A stretch of 63,681 nucleotides of DNA, filler included. It is 8 parts of 8 records of this genome, joined end to end, with 100 filler letters (N's around TTAATTAATTAA, not from the genome) between each part and the next. Parts side by side here need not be neighbours in the genome. Positions count along the whole stretch, not along the records: positions 32,977 to 45,571 come from SRR31147125_53678; 7 more parts are not named here. One strand, given 5' to 3'. Below are positions 34,156 through 44,286 of the stretch, piece by piece (the stretch's first letter is position 1; the number at the start of each line of letters is the position of its first letter). The notes under the pieces were generated by a model, which was not told the origin of the DNA, did no database searches, and saw only the letters and a list, made by a program, of their open reading frames with translations. Position numbers and translations under genes: made by a program.

Positions 34156-34497
34156 CTATGCGGAGTCGTCTTTCTGCTGCAGTTGATCAAAATTCCTCTC
34201 AATCGCTTTCTCGAGCTTCCTGAAGACCCGGTAGCAGATGCCGAGGGGATCGACCATCTGCATCGGTTTGTGGATCATCACGGTGACCTCGGTCAATTCG
34301 GTATTCTTCTGCTCCATCGTCACAGAAATCAGCGATGTGCCGGTCAGAGACCAGAAACTCTGCTTCCATTCGAGGTAGTAGTCCTTTTCACTGAGGCTGC
34401 TTGCGCCCCAGCTGACGACCTCCTCGCCGCTTTGCTTGACCAGCTCGAAGCTGTCATCGATATCGAGGGGGATCTGGAGAGAGAATTTCTTGAGCAT
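34156..34497 (-). CDS. Hypothetical protein
   Basis: Translationally coupled to tpx (TGATG). Confidence 0.6.
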   Translation of the reverse strand: MLKKFSLQIPLDIDDSFELVKQSGEEVVSWGASSLSEKDYYLEWKQSFWSLTGTSLISVTMEQKNTELTEVTVMIHKPMQMVDPLGICYRVFRKLEKAIERNFDQLQQKDDSA

Positions 34498-34994
34498 CAG
34501 ATTGCGCCGAGTATGGTTTGATAGTCCGGCTCTTCCGTCAGCTCAGGGACCAGTTCTGTGTGTCTGATCGTTCCTTCTGCATCGATAATGACGACAGCGC
34601 GGGCGAGAAGCCCGCGCCGCTGGGTAGTGGTCAGTGTAATGCCGTAGGAATCGCCGAAGCCTGGAGCGCGAAAGGTGGAAAGTGCCAGTACGTTTTTTAT
34701 GCCCTCGGTCTCGCAGAAACGCTTGTGCGCAAATGGGAGGTCGGGCGAGATGCAGAGCACGACCGTATCGTTCATCCGGGCCGCCTCTTCATTGAATTTT
34801 CGGACGGAACGGGCGCATGTCGGCGTATCAATACTGGGGAAGATGTTGAGTATCACCGTTTTTCCGGAGAACTCGTCAAGGCTCCGGTCCTCGAGCTCGG
34901 TGTCGACCAGGCTGAAATCAGGAGCCGCTGTGCCGGTAGCCGGCAGTTCTCCGCACGTCTCTATTGCAACGCCCTTTCGTGTAATAGTCGTCAT
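34497..34994 (-). CDS. tpx: Thiol peroxidase Tpx
   Basis: NIFPSIDTPTC, SPDLPFAHKRFC, LLARAV, EPDY. Confidence 0.93.
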   Translation of the reverse strand: MTTITRKGVAIETCGELPATGTAAPDFSLVDTELEDRSLDEFSGKTVILNIFPSIDTPTCARSVRKFNEEAARMNDTVVLCISPDLPFAHKRFCETEGIKNVLALSTFRAPGFGDSYGITLTTTQRRGLLARAVVIIDAEGTIRHTELVPELTEEPDYQTILGAI

Positions 34995-35046
34995 CTTCCG
35001 CCTCTATTCCGTAAATATATCCGATTCATTGTCGGGACATTATACA

Positions 35047-36324
35047 TCAAAACACGGGCAGTGCACTCCCTGTGTCGTCGAATTCCATCGTGAACGGACC
35101 TTCCACCGACGTAACGTTCGACTTCGCGGATACCTCCTCGACCAGTGATGCAGACACGAGGATTTCCCCGAGGTGCAGGGTATCGCGGATCCTGACCAGT
35201 CGCACCGCGTTGAAGTCGATGATGTTGCTGGTGAGGATTGAGGCCCTGATCGCGTCGTAATCGGTGGGCAGCACCATCGGCATGCGGGCCACTGACGTGA
35301 CCGTGGCAATCAGGGAGTTGACGTAGGTGGTTTCCAGGTCGGCTGCTTCGAACAGCCGGCGTGTGGTAATGTCCGCCTGGCCGACGCCGATCACGTTGCC
35401 GCGGGATTTCTCGGTAACGGAGAGGATCGCGAGCTTCGTAATGTCGGGACCTCCGCTTGCGTACGGTGTTGCGTAGCGTCCGGTGATGTTGGGGTCCATG
35501 CCGTCGCCGGACATCTCCTTGCCCATCCGGTCTACCACGAGTACGTCGATCTGGTTAATGCCGATAGCCGGCATGTATGATTTCGACAACCCGAGCAGCT
35601 CCGGTTCCCGCTCCCAGATGTCGTCGACATCGACGACCTCGATGAGCGCCACATTCTCCGCACCGTCCTCAACGACCGCCACGCCGCAGAGAATTGGCAG
35701 TTTCTCGATCTTCATTTTCGTCATCGCCGCAATGTTCTCTGCCATCCTGCCGAATCCCAGCTGGTGGCATGACTTGGCACCGATGTCGTTGCCGAGACCG
35801 ATGGCGATCATCTTCACCAGACCGCTCTCGTAGTCCGAGTGGAACGCGGTGTGGGTCTTCACGCGGTTGATCACGATGATTCCGTCGGCTTCAGTCGCCG
35901 CCTTGTCCATGTATACTTTCAGCCCGTTATCGAGTGCGCCGATTTCGACCACCTCGACACTCGCACGGACGGGGCAACCGACGGCTTCCTCTGTGATGCC
36001 GAGGCCGGCCAGCAGCAGCTCCTGGCCGATATCGGTGGCTTTGCCGTGGCTCGCCATTGCGGAGACGATATACGGGGTGAAACCGCGCTTTTTAAGCCCT
36101 TTCACGACCGCTGCGGTAATGGTAGAGATCTGTGCGACTCCGCGGCTCCCGACCGCGACGGCGATTTTGGCTTCCGGTTTCAGTCCGTCCAGCCGGGCGA
36201 GTGCGTCGAGCTGTTCGATGCAGGACAGCTCGATATCGTCAAGGGGATTCACGGTGAACTCCTGACGGACCCGGTACATTGACGGAATGGTTATGTCTTT
36301 GACAAGTGATTTGATTGCGTCCAT
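35047..36324 (-). CDS. Lactate racemase (LarA N-terminal / DUF2088)-like protein
   Basis: IAVAVGSRG, AMASHG, INRVKTHT, ESGLVKMIAIGLG, GKEMSGDGMDPN. Confidence 0.7.
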   Translation of the reverse strand: MDAIKSLVKDITIPSMYRVRQEFTVNPLDDIELSCIEQLDALARLDGLKPEAKIAVAVGSRGVAQISTITAAVVKGLKKRGFTPYIVSAMASHGKATDIGQELLLAGLGITEEAVGCPVRASVEVVEIGALDNGLKVYMDKAATEADGIIVINRVKTHTAFHSDYESGLVKMIAIGLGNDIGAKSCHQLGFGRMAENIAAMTKMKIEKLPILCGVAVVEDGAENVALIEVVDVDDIWEREPELLGLSKSYMPAIGINQIDVLVVDRMGKEMSGDGMDPNITGRYATPYASGGPDITKLAILSVTEKSRGNVIGVGQADITTRRLFEAADLETTYVNSLIATVTSVARMPMVLPTDYDAIRASILTSNIIDFNAVRLVRIRDTLHLGEILVSASLVEEVSAKSNVTSVEGPFTMEFDDTGSALPVF

Positions 36325-36371
36325 TGAGCTGTCCTGGAGATAATTGTATGTGTACGGGAATATGGAAAAAC

Positions 36372-37154
36372 TTAAACAGTTGCCTTCATCGAACCAGTGC
36401 TGATCCCTCCGTCGACGAGCAGAGTCTGCCCGGTGACGTAGGCGCTGGCCTCCGATGCCAGGTAGACCACCGTTCCGTCGAGATCATTTGGTTTGCCGAC
36501 CCGGCCGAGCGGGATGCGGTCGAGCAGGTAGTCCACCCACTGCTGGTTGTCGTACAGGGCCTTTGTCTGGGCGGTTTTAAACCAGCCCGGTGCGAGGCAG
36601 TTGACGGTGATGCCGTGGCGTCCCCAGTCATCGGCCAAACTCATCGTCATCTGCTTGACGCCACCGCGACTCGCGCAATAGGGGGTGATGCCGGCGAACC
36701 CTGCGACCGCGGTGAGCGAGCCGATATTGATGATCCTGCCGTAACCGGCCGGGATCATCTTCTTCGCGATTGCCTGGGCCACGAAGAAGCCGCCGCGCAG
36801 ATTGGTGTTGACCACCATATTCCAGTCTTCCCATTCGACCTCCACGGCCGGCTTCCTGATATTGCAGCCGGCATTGTTGACCAGAATGTCGAATCGGCCG
36901 AAATGGGCATAGGCGGCTTCCGCCATGTCCCGGATGGACTGCTGGTCCCGGACGTCGAGCGGCAGCGGCAGAACCCGTCGCCCCATCCCCTCGACTTCCG
37001 TGGTGAATTCCTGCAGGGACTCGGCGGTGCGACTGGTAATCACCAGATCGGCCCCGGCTTTCGCCAGGGCCCGCGCCAGGTATTGGCCCAGTCCCCGGCT
37101 CGCACCGGTGACGACTGCGACCTTGTCTGTCAGATCGAAGAGTTCAAGACTCAT
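36372..37154 (-). CDS. SDR oxidoreductase, gluconate 5-dehydrogenase/KduD-like
   Basis: TGASRGLG, NNAG, YCASR, PGWFKT. Confidence 0.88.
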   Translation of the reverse strand: MSLELFDLTDKVAVVTGASRGLGQYLARALAKAGADLVITSRTAESLQEFTTEVEGMGRRVLPLPLDVRDQQSIRDMAEAAYAHFGRFDILVNNAGCNIRKPAVEVEWEDWNMVVNTNLRGGFFVAQAIAKKMIPAGYGRIINIGSLTAVAGFAGITPYCASRGGVKQMTMSLADDWGRHGITVNCLAPGWFKTAQTKALYDNQQWVDYLLDRIPLGRVGKPNDLDGTVVYLASEASAYVTGQTLLVDGGISTGSMKATV

Positions 37155-37163
37155 TGCTTCCTC

Positions 37164-38210
37164 CTACGGTTTCAGGATGACTTTCATCAACCCTTTCTCC
37201 TGCGCGTACAACCGCTTGAACCACTCAGCACCGTCCGCAAGCGACTCGACGTTGCTGATCAGCGCATCGACGTTGATCGTGCCGCGCGCAATCATGTCCA
37301 GGCAGGCGGGGTATTCGCCGCAGGACGAGCAGGAGCCGGTAGTGCTGATCTGCTTGGTGACGATCGTCTGCAGGGGGAAATCGATGGTCGCCGCCAGGTT
37401 GCCGACGATCGTCATCGTTCCGCCTTTGCGGAGTGATGATACTGCGGTATTGACGGCGGCGGTGTTGCCGACGACCTCGATGGCGATATTGGCACCGTGT
37501 CCGCCCGTCAATTTCCGGACCTCTTCGGGAACATCGATCTGGTCGGCCAGAAATCCGTAATCGGCACCCAGTTTCGCGGCCAGATCGAGCTTGTCCTGCT
37601 CGAGGTCGACCGCGATGATCGTGCCACAGCCAGCGGCCCGCAGCGCCTGGATAACGAAAATGCCGACCATGCCGGCACCGATCACGACGGCGGTGTCGTT
37701 GAGTGAGACGGGGGTCAGCTTCACCGCGTGAAAGGCGATCGATACCGGCTCGACCATTGCCGCCTGCTCGAACGACAGGTTGTCCGGCAGCCGGTAGAGG
37801 ATATGCTCGGGCACCGCCACGTACTCGGCGAAGGCGCCGTGCTGGCGATACTCCACCGGCGCGACGCCAAGTACCCGACGATTGTCGCACAGGTTGATCA
37901 GCCCCTGGTTGCAGTAGAAGCAGCGGCCGCAGTAGATCGTCGAGTCGAAGGTTACCCGGTCGCCCGCAGCATATCCGGTGACCTGGCTGCCGGTCTCCAC
38001 GATAATCCCCGAAGCCTCGTGCCCCATGATCAGCGGCGGGTGCCTCCGGCCACTGCTGCCGTCCATTCCGTGCACATCACTGCCGCAGATGCCGCACGCT
38101 TTGACCTCGATCAGAACCTCGTCGGGGCTGATTTCGGGTTTGTCCATATCCTTGTAGACCAGCTTGTTGTATTCCTCGAGTACGAGCGCTTTCATTGTGC
38201 GTGGCTCCAA
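37164..38210 (-). CDS. Zn-dependent polyol/sugar-acid dehydrogenase
   Basis: CGICGSD, GHE, CGRCFYC...C, GAGMVG. Confidence 0.9.
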   Translation of the reverse strand: MEPRTMKALVLEEYNKLVYKDMDKPEISPDEVLIEVKACGICGSDVHGMDGSSGRRHPPLIMGHEASGIIVETGSQVTGYAAGDRVTFDSTIYCGRCFYCNQGLINLCDNRRVLGVAPVEYRQHGAFAEYVAVPEHILYRLPDNLSFEQAAMVEPVSIAFHAVKLTPVSLNDTAVVIGAGMVGIFVIQALRAAGCGTIIAVDLEQDKLDLAAKLGADYGFLADQIDVPEEVRKLTGGHGANIAIEVVGNTAAVNTAVSSLRKGGTMTIVGNLAATIDFPLQTIVTKQISTTGSCSSCGEYPACLDMIARGTINVDALISNVESLADGAEWFKRLYAQEKGLMKVILKP

Positions 38211-38231
38211 TTATTTCATTCGATAGTGTGT

Positions 38232-38284
38232 AGGCTACCTTGAAAAATTGTCTCTACAAAAATCCGAATTTTTCAAGGTAGCCT
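38232..38284. repeat. Palindromic element with perfect 18-bp arms (MITE/REP-like), copy 1
   Basis: AGGCTACCTTGAAAAATT ... AATTTTTCAAGGTAGCCT. Confidence 0.7.
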
Positions 38285-38303
38285 GTAGTGATCTGAGCAT
38301 TTT

Positions 38304-39590
38304 TTACATGAACCCGGTCATGCGCGGGACAAACAGGACGATATCCGGGACATAGGTGATCAGCAGCAGCACCAGGATCTCCATTGCGACAAACGGGAGT
38401 ACCTTCATCGCGATCGATTCATACGATGTTTTCGCAATCGGTGCGGCTGTAAACAGACATACCCCAAGCGGCGGGGTGGTGAGACCGATGTTGACGTTGA
38501 CGATCATGATCAGTGCGAAGTGCAGGGGATCGACTCCATATTTGATTGCCAGCGGCAGCAGGATCGGTGCGAGCAGGATGATGTTGGCGCCGGTTTCCAT
38601 GATCATCCCCATGAAGAGCAGAAACACGTTTACCAGGAGCAGGAAGATGATCTTGTTCTCGGTGATGGACATCATGATATCGGCGATCTGGCTCGGAATC
38701 TGCTCGATCGTCAGTACCATCCCGAACAGTTTGGCGGTCGATATGATGAGCAGGATAACCGAGGAGACCACGGCGCATTCGAGGAGGCTGTCGAGAATAT
38801 CCTTGAACGACAGGCTCCGGTAGATCGCGATGCCGACGATGAAGGCGTAGAGGCAAGCCAGCGAGGCCGCTTCCGTCGCGGTGAATTTGCCGCTGAGGAT
38901 GCCGCCGAGGATGATGATCGGCATGATGAGTCCGATGACCGCCGCCTTGCTTCTCTTGATCAGTTCCTTTCCGGTGACCGGTTCGGTCCGCCGCGGGTGT
39001 TTCTCCTTTATCGCGTATATGAGCGCGAGGATCATTAAGCCGAGACCGATCAGGACGCCGGGGACGAATCCGGCCATGAACAACGCGCCGATCGACTCTC
39101 CGGTGATCGTCCCGTAGATGACCATGATGATGGACGGCGGGATAATCGGTCCGATGATTGATGACGCGGTGGTAACCGCGGCGCTGTAGGCCGCCGAGTA
39201 CCCCTCTTTTTTCATCGCCGGGATCAGGATCGAACCGATGGCGGCGGTATCTGCGACAGCCGCACCGGTGAGTCCGGCGAACAGGATGGAAACGACGATA
39301 TTCACCTGGGCGAGCGCGCCCGGGAGCTTACCGACCAGTACCTGGACGAAATTAACCAGATCTCTGGTGATGCCGGTCCGGTTCATCAGCTGACCGGCGA
39401 GAATGAAAAACGGGATGGCGAGCAGGACGAAGCTGTCGACCCCGTTGTAGAGCTGCTGCCCGATCATCGTGATGGGAATGTCGGACAGAAAAATAAAATA
39501 AGTGATCGAGCCGATACCAAATACGAAGGCGATCGGTATCCCCATCGCCATGGTGACGATGAACGTCGAGACGAGAATTGCCAGGGTCAT
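38304..39590 (-). CDS. dctM: TRAP transporter large permease
   Basis: LLAIPFFILAG, IGPIIPPSI, TATEAA, GLTTPPLG. Confidence 0.92.
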   Translation of the reverse strand: MTLAILVSTFIVTMAMGIPIAFVFGIGSITYFIFLSDIPITMIGQQLYNGVDSFVLLAIPFFILAGQLMNRTGITRDLVNFVQVLVGKLPGALAQVNIVVSILFAGLTGAAVADTAAIGSILIPAMKKEGYSAAYSAAVTTASSIIGPIIPPSIIMVIYGTITGESIGALFMAGFVPGVLIGLGLMILALIYAIKEKHPRRTEPVTGKELIKRSKAAVIGLIMPIIILGGILSGKFTATEAASLACLYAFIVGIAIYRSLSFKDILDSLLECAVVSSVILLIISTAKLFGMVLTIEQIPSQIADIMMSITENKIIFLLLVNVFLLFMGMIMETGANIILLAPILLPLAIKYGVDPLHFALIMIVNVNIGLTTPPLGVCLFTAAPIAKTSYESIAMKVLPFVAMEILVLLLITYVPDIVLFVPRMTGFM

Positions 39591-39608
39591 ATGCGTTCGC
39601 TCCTGATC

Positions 39609-40121
39609 TTAGTGGCTGAGAAGGCAGGTTTTTGGATCATCTTCGACAAATGTTCCGAGTCCGTAGTAGAGCACGTGGACAATCATCATCAGGGCTCCTA
39701 TGGGTACGTGGAGTTTCACGTAGAGAGCCGATACCGGAATGATGTCCCCGGTCTGGTCCGCGGCCTTGATGGCCGCATCGAGGCCGAACCAGAACATGTA
39801 GACCAGGAAGACGAAGACCAGGAGGTTTGATACCTGAATGATGAACCTCAGGATGGTACGAGACGGGATGGCCTTGATCAGTGCGGTGATGCCGATGTGG
39901 GCCCCGCGCTTCAGTGCGACGCTTGAGCTGATGAAGGCGATACCGATGAGCAGCCAGCGGGCGAATTCCTCGCTCCAGGAAGGCGCCCTGCCGGCCATTC
40001 GTAAAAATACGCTCGCGAGTACGATAACAGTGACGAGGAACGCATAGACAATTGAAATCCAGGCGGCGATCCGGTCTACCCAGTCGCTGGCAGAGCGGAG
40101 CCCGTTCATTAGTTTCGTCAT
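39609..40121 (-). CDS. dctQ: TRAP transporter small permease
   Basis: WSEEFAR, GAHI; four TM helices. Confidence 0.88.
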   Translation of the reverse strand: MTKLMNGLRSASDWVDRIAAWISIVYAFLVTVIVLASVFLRMAGRAPSWSEEFARWLLIGIAFISSSVALKRGAHIGITALIKAIPSRTILRFIIQVSNLLVFVFLVYMFWFGLDAAIKAADQTGDIIPVSALYVKLHVPIGALMMIVHVLYYGLGTFVEDDPKTCLLSH

Positions 40122-40231
40122 TTTCGAAGTCCAGGATGTTGAGGGCCGATTTGTGAGCAATGCAGCGAAGGAGGAGAACGCTCAGGCGTTTCTCCCCCTT
40201 TCGTCGTATAGAGATCGGCTATGAATACCTC

Positions 40232-41302
40232 TTAGTAGCCAAGTGCTGCTTCGGCTTCTTTTACTGCGGCGAGGAAGTTATCAACTACGTCCGCTCCGAC
40301 TTCGCCTTTGAGCCATTCGATAACCGGCGGCTGGGCTTTGGCCTGGAACATCTTGATCTGTTCCACGGTCGGGGCGTATACGTCCATTTTCTCCTGCAGC
40401 AGGCCAAGTCCCATCACGCGGCTCATGAAGGCTTCAGCCGCCCGGTCCGCTCTGGCACCATGGAGGCCTGCGATTTTCAAGATGTGTTGGTAATTTTCAG
40501 GAAGGTTGTTGAACTTGTCCGCGTTCATCACCAGCATGTTCTCGCTCCAGGTGTGGGCATCCAGGGTCAGGTATTTCTGGACTTCGTAGAGCTTGCCGAC
40601 ATAGGCGATAACGGAAATCGGGTTTTCCTGGCCATCGATGACGCCGGTCTGGAGAGAGGTGTATACCTCAGGCCAGGCGATCGGGATGGCCTTTGCGCCG
40701 AGCGCCTCAACGGTTTTTACGAAAACCGGAGACTGCATGACGCGAAACTTGATGCCTTCCATGTCCTTGGGCTCATGGATGGGGCGAATGTTGTTGGTGA
40801 AGTTACGGACACCGTTCTGTCCCATGCCCAGGTAGACCAGATTGGCCTTGTCTTCCATCTGGGCCATCAGGTCCTTCCAGAACTGGCTGTTATCGAAGAT
40901 CCACCAGGCGATTTCATCCGAGGCGAAGACGTAGGGCAGATTGATGACCTGGAACTCGGGGAAAAACGGCCCCATGTTACCGGTTTCGATGCACAGGTCG
41001 AGGGTACCGGTCTTGGTCATCTCGGTTGCTTCCTTACTGCCTCCGAGCTGGCTGGACGGGAAGAGCTGAACTTTAATGGCGCCGTTCGTGGCCGTCTCGA
41101 TGTAGCTTTTGAAGACGATCGCATACGCGTGTTCCGGTTCCGGTATTTTGGCCGTGTCGGGCCAGGTGGGGTTGTCGCTGTAGCCCATGCGCAGGGTTAC
41201 CGGTTTTTCAGGTGTCGGATTCAGTTTTTTTGCGAACACAGGGGCTGCGATGAGTCCCAGTACAACCAGAACTGCCAATGCTGCACTCAGTTTGCGAATC
41301 AT
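40232..41302 (-). CDS. dctP: TRAP substrate-binding protein
   Basis: FPSSQLG, NGVRN, KFRVM, EVYTSLQTGVIDGQENP. Confidence 0.92.
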   Translation of the reverse strand: MIRKLSAALAVLVVLGLIAAPVFAKKLNPTPEKPVTLRMGYSDNPTWPDTAKIPEPEHAYAIVFKSYIETATNGAIKVQLFPSSQLGGSKEATEMTKTGTLDLCIETGNMGPFFPEFQVINLPYVFASDEIAWWIFDNSQFWKDLMAQMEDKANLVYLGMGQNGVRNFTNNIRPIHEPKDMEGIKFRVMQSPVFVKTVEALGAKAIPIAWPEVYTSLQTGVIDGQENPISVIAYVGKLYEVQKYLTLDAHTWSENMLVMNADKFNNLPENYQHILKIAGLHGARADRAAEAFMSRVMGLGLLQEKMDVYAPTVEQIKMFQAKAQPPVIEWLKGEVGADVVDNFLAAVKEAEAALGY

Positions 41303-41428
41303 GTCAATTCTCCTCCAATGCGTTGATTTATAGTAATTGCTGCCTGGTTACATCTAACGCGTGATCCTGATACAACCTCGCACGTCTGCGCATCACCTCC
41401 TTGTCATGGTTGAGCTCGTATGGTGATT

Positions 41429-42790
41429 TCAAACTTTCCCTTCGAGTACCTGGATGAAGTAGTTCGGCGCACCGATCTGGCCGCCCTTGGAGGCGACCTG
41501 CAGCCCGTCGAACAACTCGTTGTCAGAGGACGTATCACACAGCGGCGCTGCCGGTACGATCGGCATCAGCAACTCCAGCGAGTGGATGTCGAGCTGGCGC
41601 AGGCTGTAGCTGCACGTGTCCCCGCCCGCAACGCAGACCCGGCCGAGGCCGGTCTCCTTTACCAGTTCCTTGAGGATCAGTCCCTGCTGGCTCGCGATGA
41701 TCTTGCCGGTTTCACTCTGATCGATGCCCTGGCGCCTGATCGCGTCGCGCGTCTTCTTGATGATCGGGTCGTCCGGGCCGATCGTGGCCGAGACCACCAC
41801 GCTCTTTCCGTCCGCCATCGCGGTGAGCCCTGCCTTGATCACCCGGTTGCGCTCTTCTTCGGCGGTGCTCTCATCCACCAGACGGTCGGTATTGAGCGGG
41901 ATGCCGGCGAAGCCCTGTGCAACCGTGTAGTTGATCTGCTCTGCGGTATTTGCGGCGGCGCTGCCGGACATCACGATGAGTTGATCGACCGGGCCGGCAG
42001 GGTTGAACGGCTGCGGCTCGTCGATAATGCCTTCACGTCTCCAGTAGCGGGCCATCGCGTATTCGAAGCCGGACGAGCCGACGCCGAAGATTTTCTTTTC
42101 CTGCGACTTCTTGTGCAGCAGTTCGCCGATCCTCATCAGGTGGTCGTCGTCGAGGGTATCGAACAATACGATGTCGCTGCCTTCGTTGATATAGCGATCA
42201 AAGCGGTCCGACAATGCCTGGTCCGATTCGCGTAGATGGACCAGGTCGATCAGCCTGACCTTCTTATCGGACTGCATTCCGAAATGGACGCGCAGGTCGC
42301 CTTCGCTCATCGGCGTGATCGGGTGCTTGCTCATTACCGGGTGGCGGTCGAGGCGGTAACGGTCGTCCCCGTACACGGTGAAGTGATTGCCGAAGGCGAT
42401 GTAGCGGCCGAGCAGCGGGATGCCCTGGACGATGACGCCGTAATCCGGGTTGATCTCTTTGAACGCGATATCGGTCGCGTGCCCGACCGAGCCGATGCCC
42501 GGTGATGAGTCGAAGGTGGCGCACACCTTGTAGTGGATGATTCCGGTGCCGAGGCTGTTGAGCAGTGCCAGCTGAGCGGGCAACTCCGCGTCCATCTGCT
42601 CCGGGGTCATTGTCCTGCTGACGCCCGAAATCCCGACAGCGTGCAGCTCGCCAAGCTTTTCCTGGAGGCGCTCCTGGGTCGGGTGGCCGAGGAACAGAGC
42701 AGTTTTGAGGCCGTTTATTGTCAGGGCCTCCATCGCATCGGCCGAGCCGGTAAAGTCATCTCCGTAAAATGCGAACAAAAGCGGGTTCAT
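41429..42790 (-). CDS. Four-carbon acid-sugar kinase family (DUF1537), OiaK-like
   Basis: FYGDDFTGSADAMEAL, HYKVCATFDSS, RLDRHPVMSKHPITPM, AGGDT, KGGQIG. Confidence 0.85.
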   Translation of the reverse strand: MNPLLFAFYGDDFTGSADAMEALTINGLKTALFLGHPTQERLQEKLGELHAVGISGVSRTMTPEQMDAELPAQLALLNSLGTGIIHYKVCATFDSSPGIGSVGHATDIAFKEINPDYGVIVQGIPLLGRYIAFGNHFTVYGDDRYRLDRHPVMSKHPITPMSEGDLRVHFGMQSDKKVRLIDLVHLRESDQALSDRFDRYINEGSDIVLFDTLDDDHLMRIGELLHKKSQEKKIFGVGSSGFEYAMARYWRREGIIDEPQPFNPAGPVDQLIVMSGSAAANTAEQINYTVAQGFAGIPLNTDRLVDESTAEEERNRVIKAGLTAMADGKSVVVSATIGPDDPIIKKTRDAIRRQGIDQSETGKIIASQQGLILKELVKETGLGRVCVAGGDTCSYSLRQLDIHSLELLMPIVPAAPLCDTSSDNELFDGLQVASKGGQIGAPNYFIQVLEGKV

Positions 42791-42807
42791 AGTCCCCTCC
42801 GGTTTAC

Positions 42808-42865
42808 GGGTACCTGAAAAATTGTCGTTGTCCCATGGACGGACCACCATCTTTCAAGGTAGCCT
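42808..42865. repeat. Degenerate copy 2 of the 38232 element
   Basis: GGGTACCTGAAAAATTGTC ... TTTCAAGGTAGCCT. Confidence 0.6.
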
Positions 42866-42872
42866 TCAGTTA

Positions 42873-43511
42873 TCAGGATTTCCAGGTTCTGCCCATTGCC
42901 GCATCGATTTCCGCACACTGTGCTTCCGTCAGCCACTCGCCCTTCAGTCCGGATGCCACGCTGATCTGACAGCACTGCTCGATCTCCTCTACCATGCCGA
43001 CCGTCTCGGACATGTTCGATCCGGCCACAAGCATGCCGTGCTGACGGAGGAGCAGCGCATGGTAGTCTGCGGCGAGCTCTTCCACCGCCACGTGCAGGGA
43101 GTGGGCACCTGACCCGTGGTACGGGATCATCGGCATGCGTCCGGCGCGGACGTAGAACGCTGCCGTGTACGGTCGAATCGCGTCGTTCGACGGCTCCTTG
43201 ATCAGCGTCGACAGGGTTATCGCGAAGGTAGGGTGGGCGTGGATAACCGCACCTGCATTCGGGCGGGCGCGGTACATTGCCAGGTGCATGCCCATTTCCT
43301 TGGATGGAGCCTCGCCCTCGATGACGGTCCCCTGCAGGTCCACCTTGACCACTTCCTTTTCGGTCAGTGAGCCGAGCTCCGCTCCGGTCTGGCTGATCCA
43401 TACGTGGTCGCCGTCCCTGACGCTGGTGTTGCCGCCGGTGGCGTGAAGCAGCTTTCTGTCGTAGAGGATCCTGCTGTACTCGATTAGCGCATCTATCTTT
43501 TTATTACCCAT
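42873..43511 (-). CDS. Class II aldolase/adducin family, OtnC-like decarboxylase
   Basis: GGNTSVR, PSKE..MH, AVIHAHP, LLRQHG. Confidence 0.85.
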   Translation of the reverse strand: MGNKKIDALIEYSRILYDRKLLHATGGNTSVRDGDHVWISQTGAELGSLTEKEVVKVDLQGTVIEGEAPSKEMGMHLAMYRARPNAGAVIHAHPTFAITLSTLIKEPSNDAIRPYTAAFYVRAGRMPMIPYHGSGAHSLHVAVEELAADYHALLLRQHGMLVAGSNMSETVGMVEEIEQCCQISVASGLKGEWLTEAQCAEIDAAMGRTWKS

Positions 43512-43557
43512 AGTATTCCTTTCATTGTAGAGATTTTCTGTTTGTTGTGATGTTGGT

Positions 43558-44274
43558 TTAGCTGTAAGGAGGAAGTTCCGCCTCCCTGACGCAATCGATG
43601 GTTTCCTGGATATGGTCCGACAGAATTAATTCGGTTTGAACCAGGTCTCGTTGTTTCAGCACCTCGAGGATTTTGCGATGGTATGTGCGGCCGCGTCGGT
43701 TGCCGAGTGCAAGTACCACGTCTTCCATCGATTTTCTGAAAAGCTTGCCGAGAATATGGTTGACTTTGATGATCAGCGAGTTGCCAGAGATTATGCACAG
43801 TTTCCGGTGAAAGGCGAGGTCTATCTCTGCGTTGGTCTCGATCTGCTCATCGGTGAGCTTTTCCAAAGTCCGGACGTTCTCCTCGAGATATATCAGATCT
43901 TCCTCGGTCAGGTTCTGAAGTATTTGCGGAACGATGCCGACCTCCAGGATCTTCCGGTACTCCAGCACCTCGAGAATGGATTTCTTGTCGAGCCCGATGA
44001 TCGGCACGAGCAGTTCCATGTTCATGTCGACTGATACATCGACGACGAAGGTGCCTTCCCCCTGTTTCGACACGAGGAATCCTTGGGCGGTCAGCGATTT
44101 GAGCGCTGCCCTCACCGATACCCTGCTGACTCCGGTCATGCGGCAGAGCTCCGCTTCCGAGGGGAGTTTGTCCCCGCCCTTCCAGTGGCCTTCCAGAAGC
44201 AGCGTTTTGAGCTGCTCGTACACCTGGTCCTGGATTTTTTCGCTCTTGATGTTCTTGATGGGGGCGATGGTCAT
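43558..44274 (-). CDS. GntR/FadR-family regulator
   Basis: KLPSEAEL...GVSRVSVRAAL..QGEGTFV; FCD domain DLAFH. Confidence 0.9.
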   Translation of the reverse strand: MTIAPIKNIKSEKIQDQVYEQLKTLLLEGHWKGGDKLPSEAELCRMTGVSRVSVRAALKSLTAQGFLVSKQGEGTFVVDVSVDMNMELLVPIIGLDKKSILEVLEYRKILEVGIVPQILQNLTEEDLIYLEENVRTLEKLTDEQIETNAEIDLAFHRKLCIISGNSLIIKVNHILGKLFRKSMEDVVLALGNRRGRTYHRKILEVLKQRDLVQTELILSDHIQETIDCVREAELPPYS

Positions 44275-44286
44275 GGCAACTCTGTC

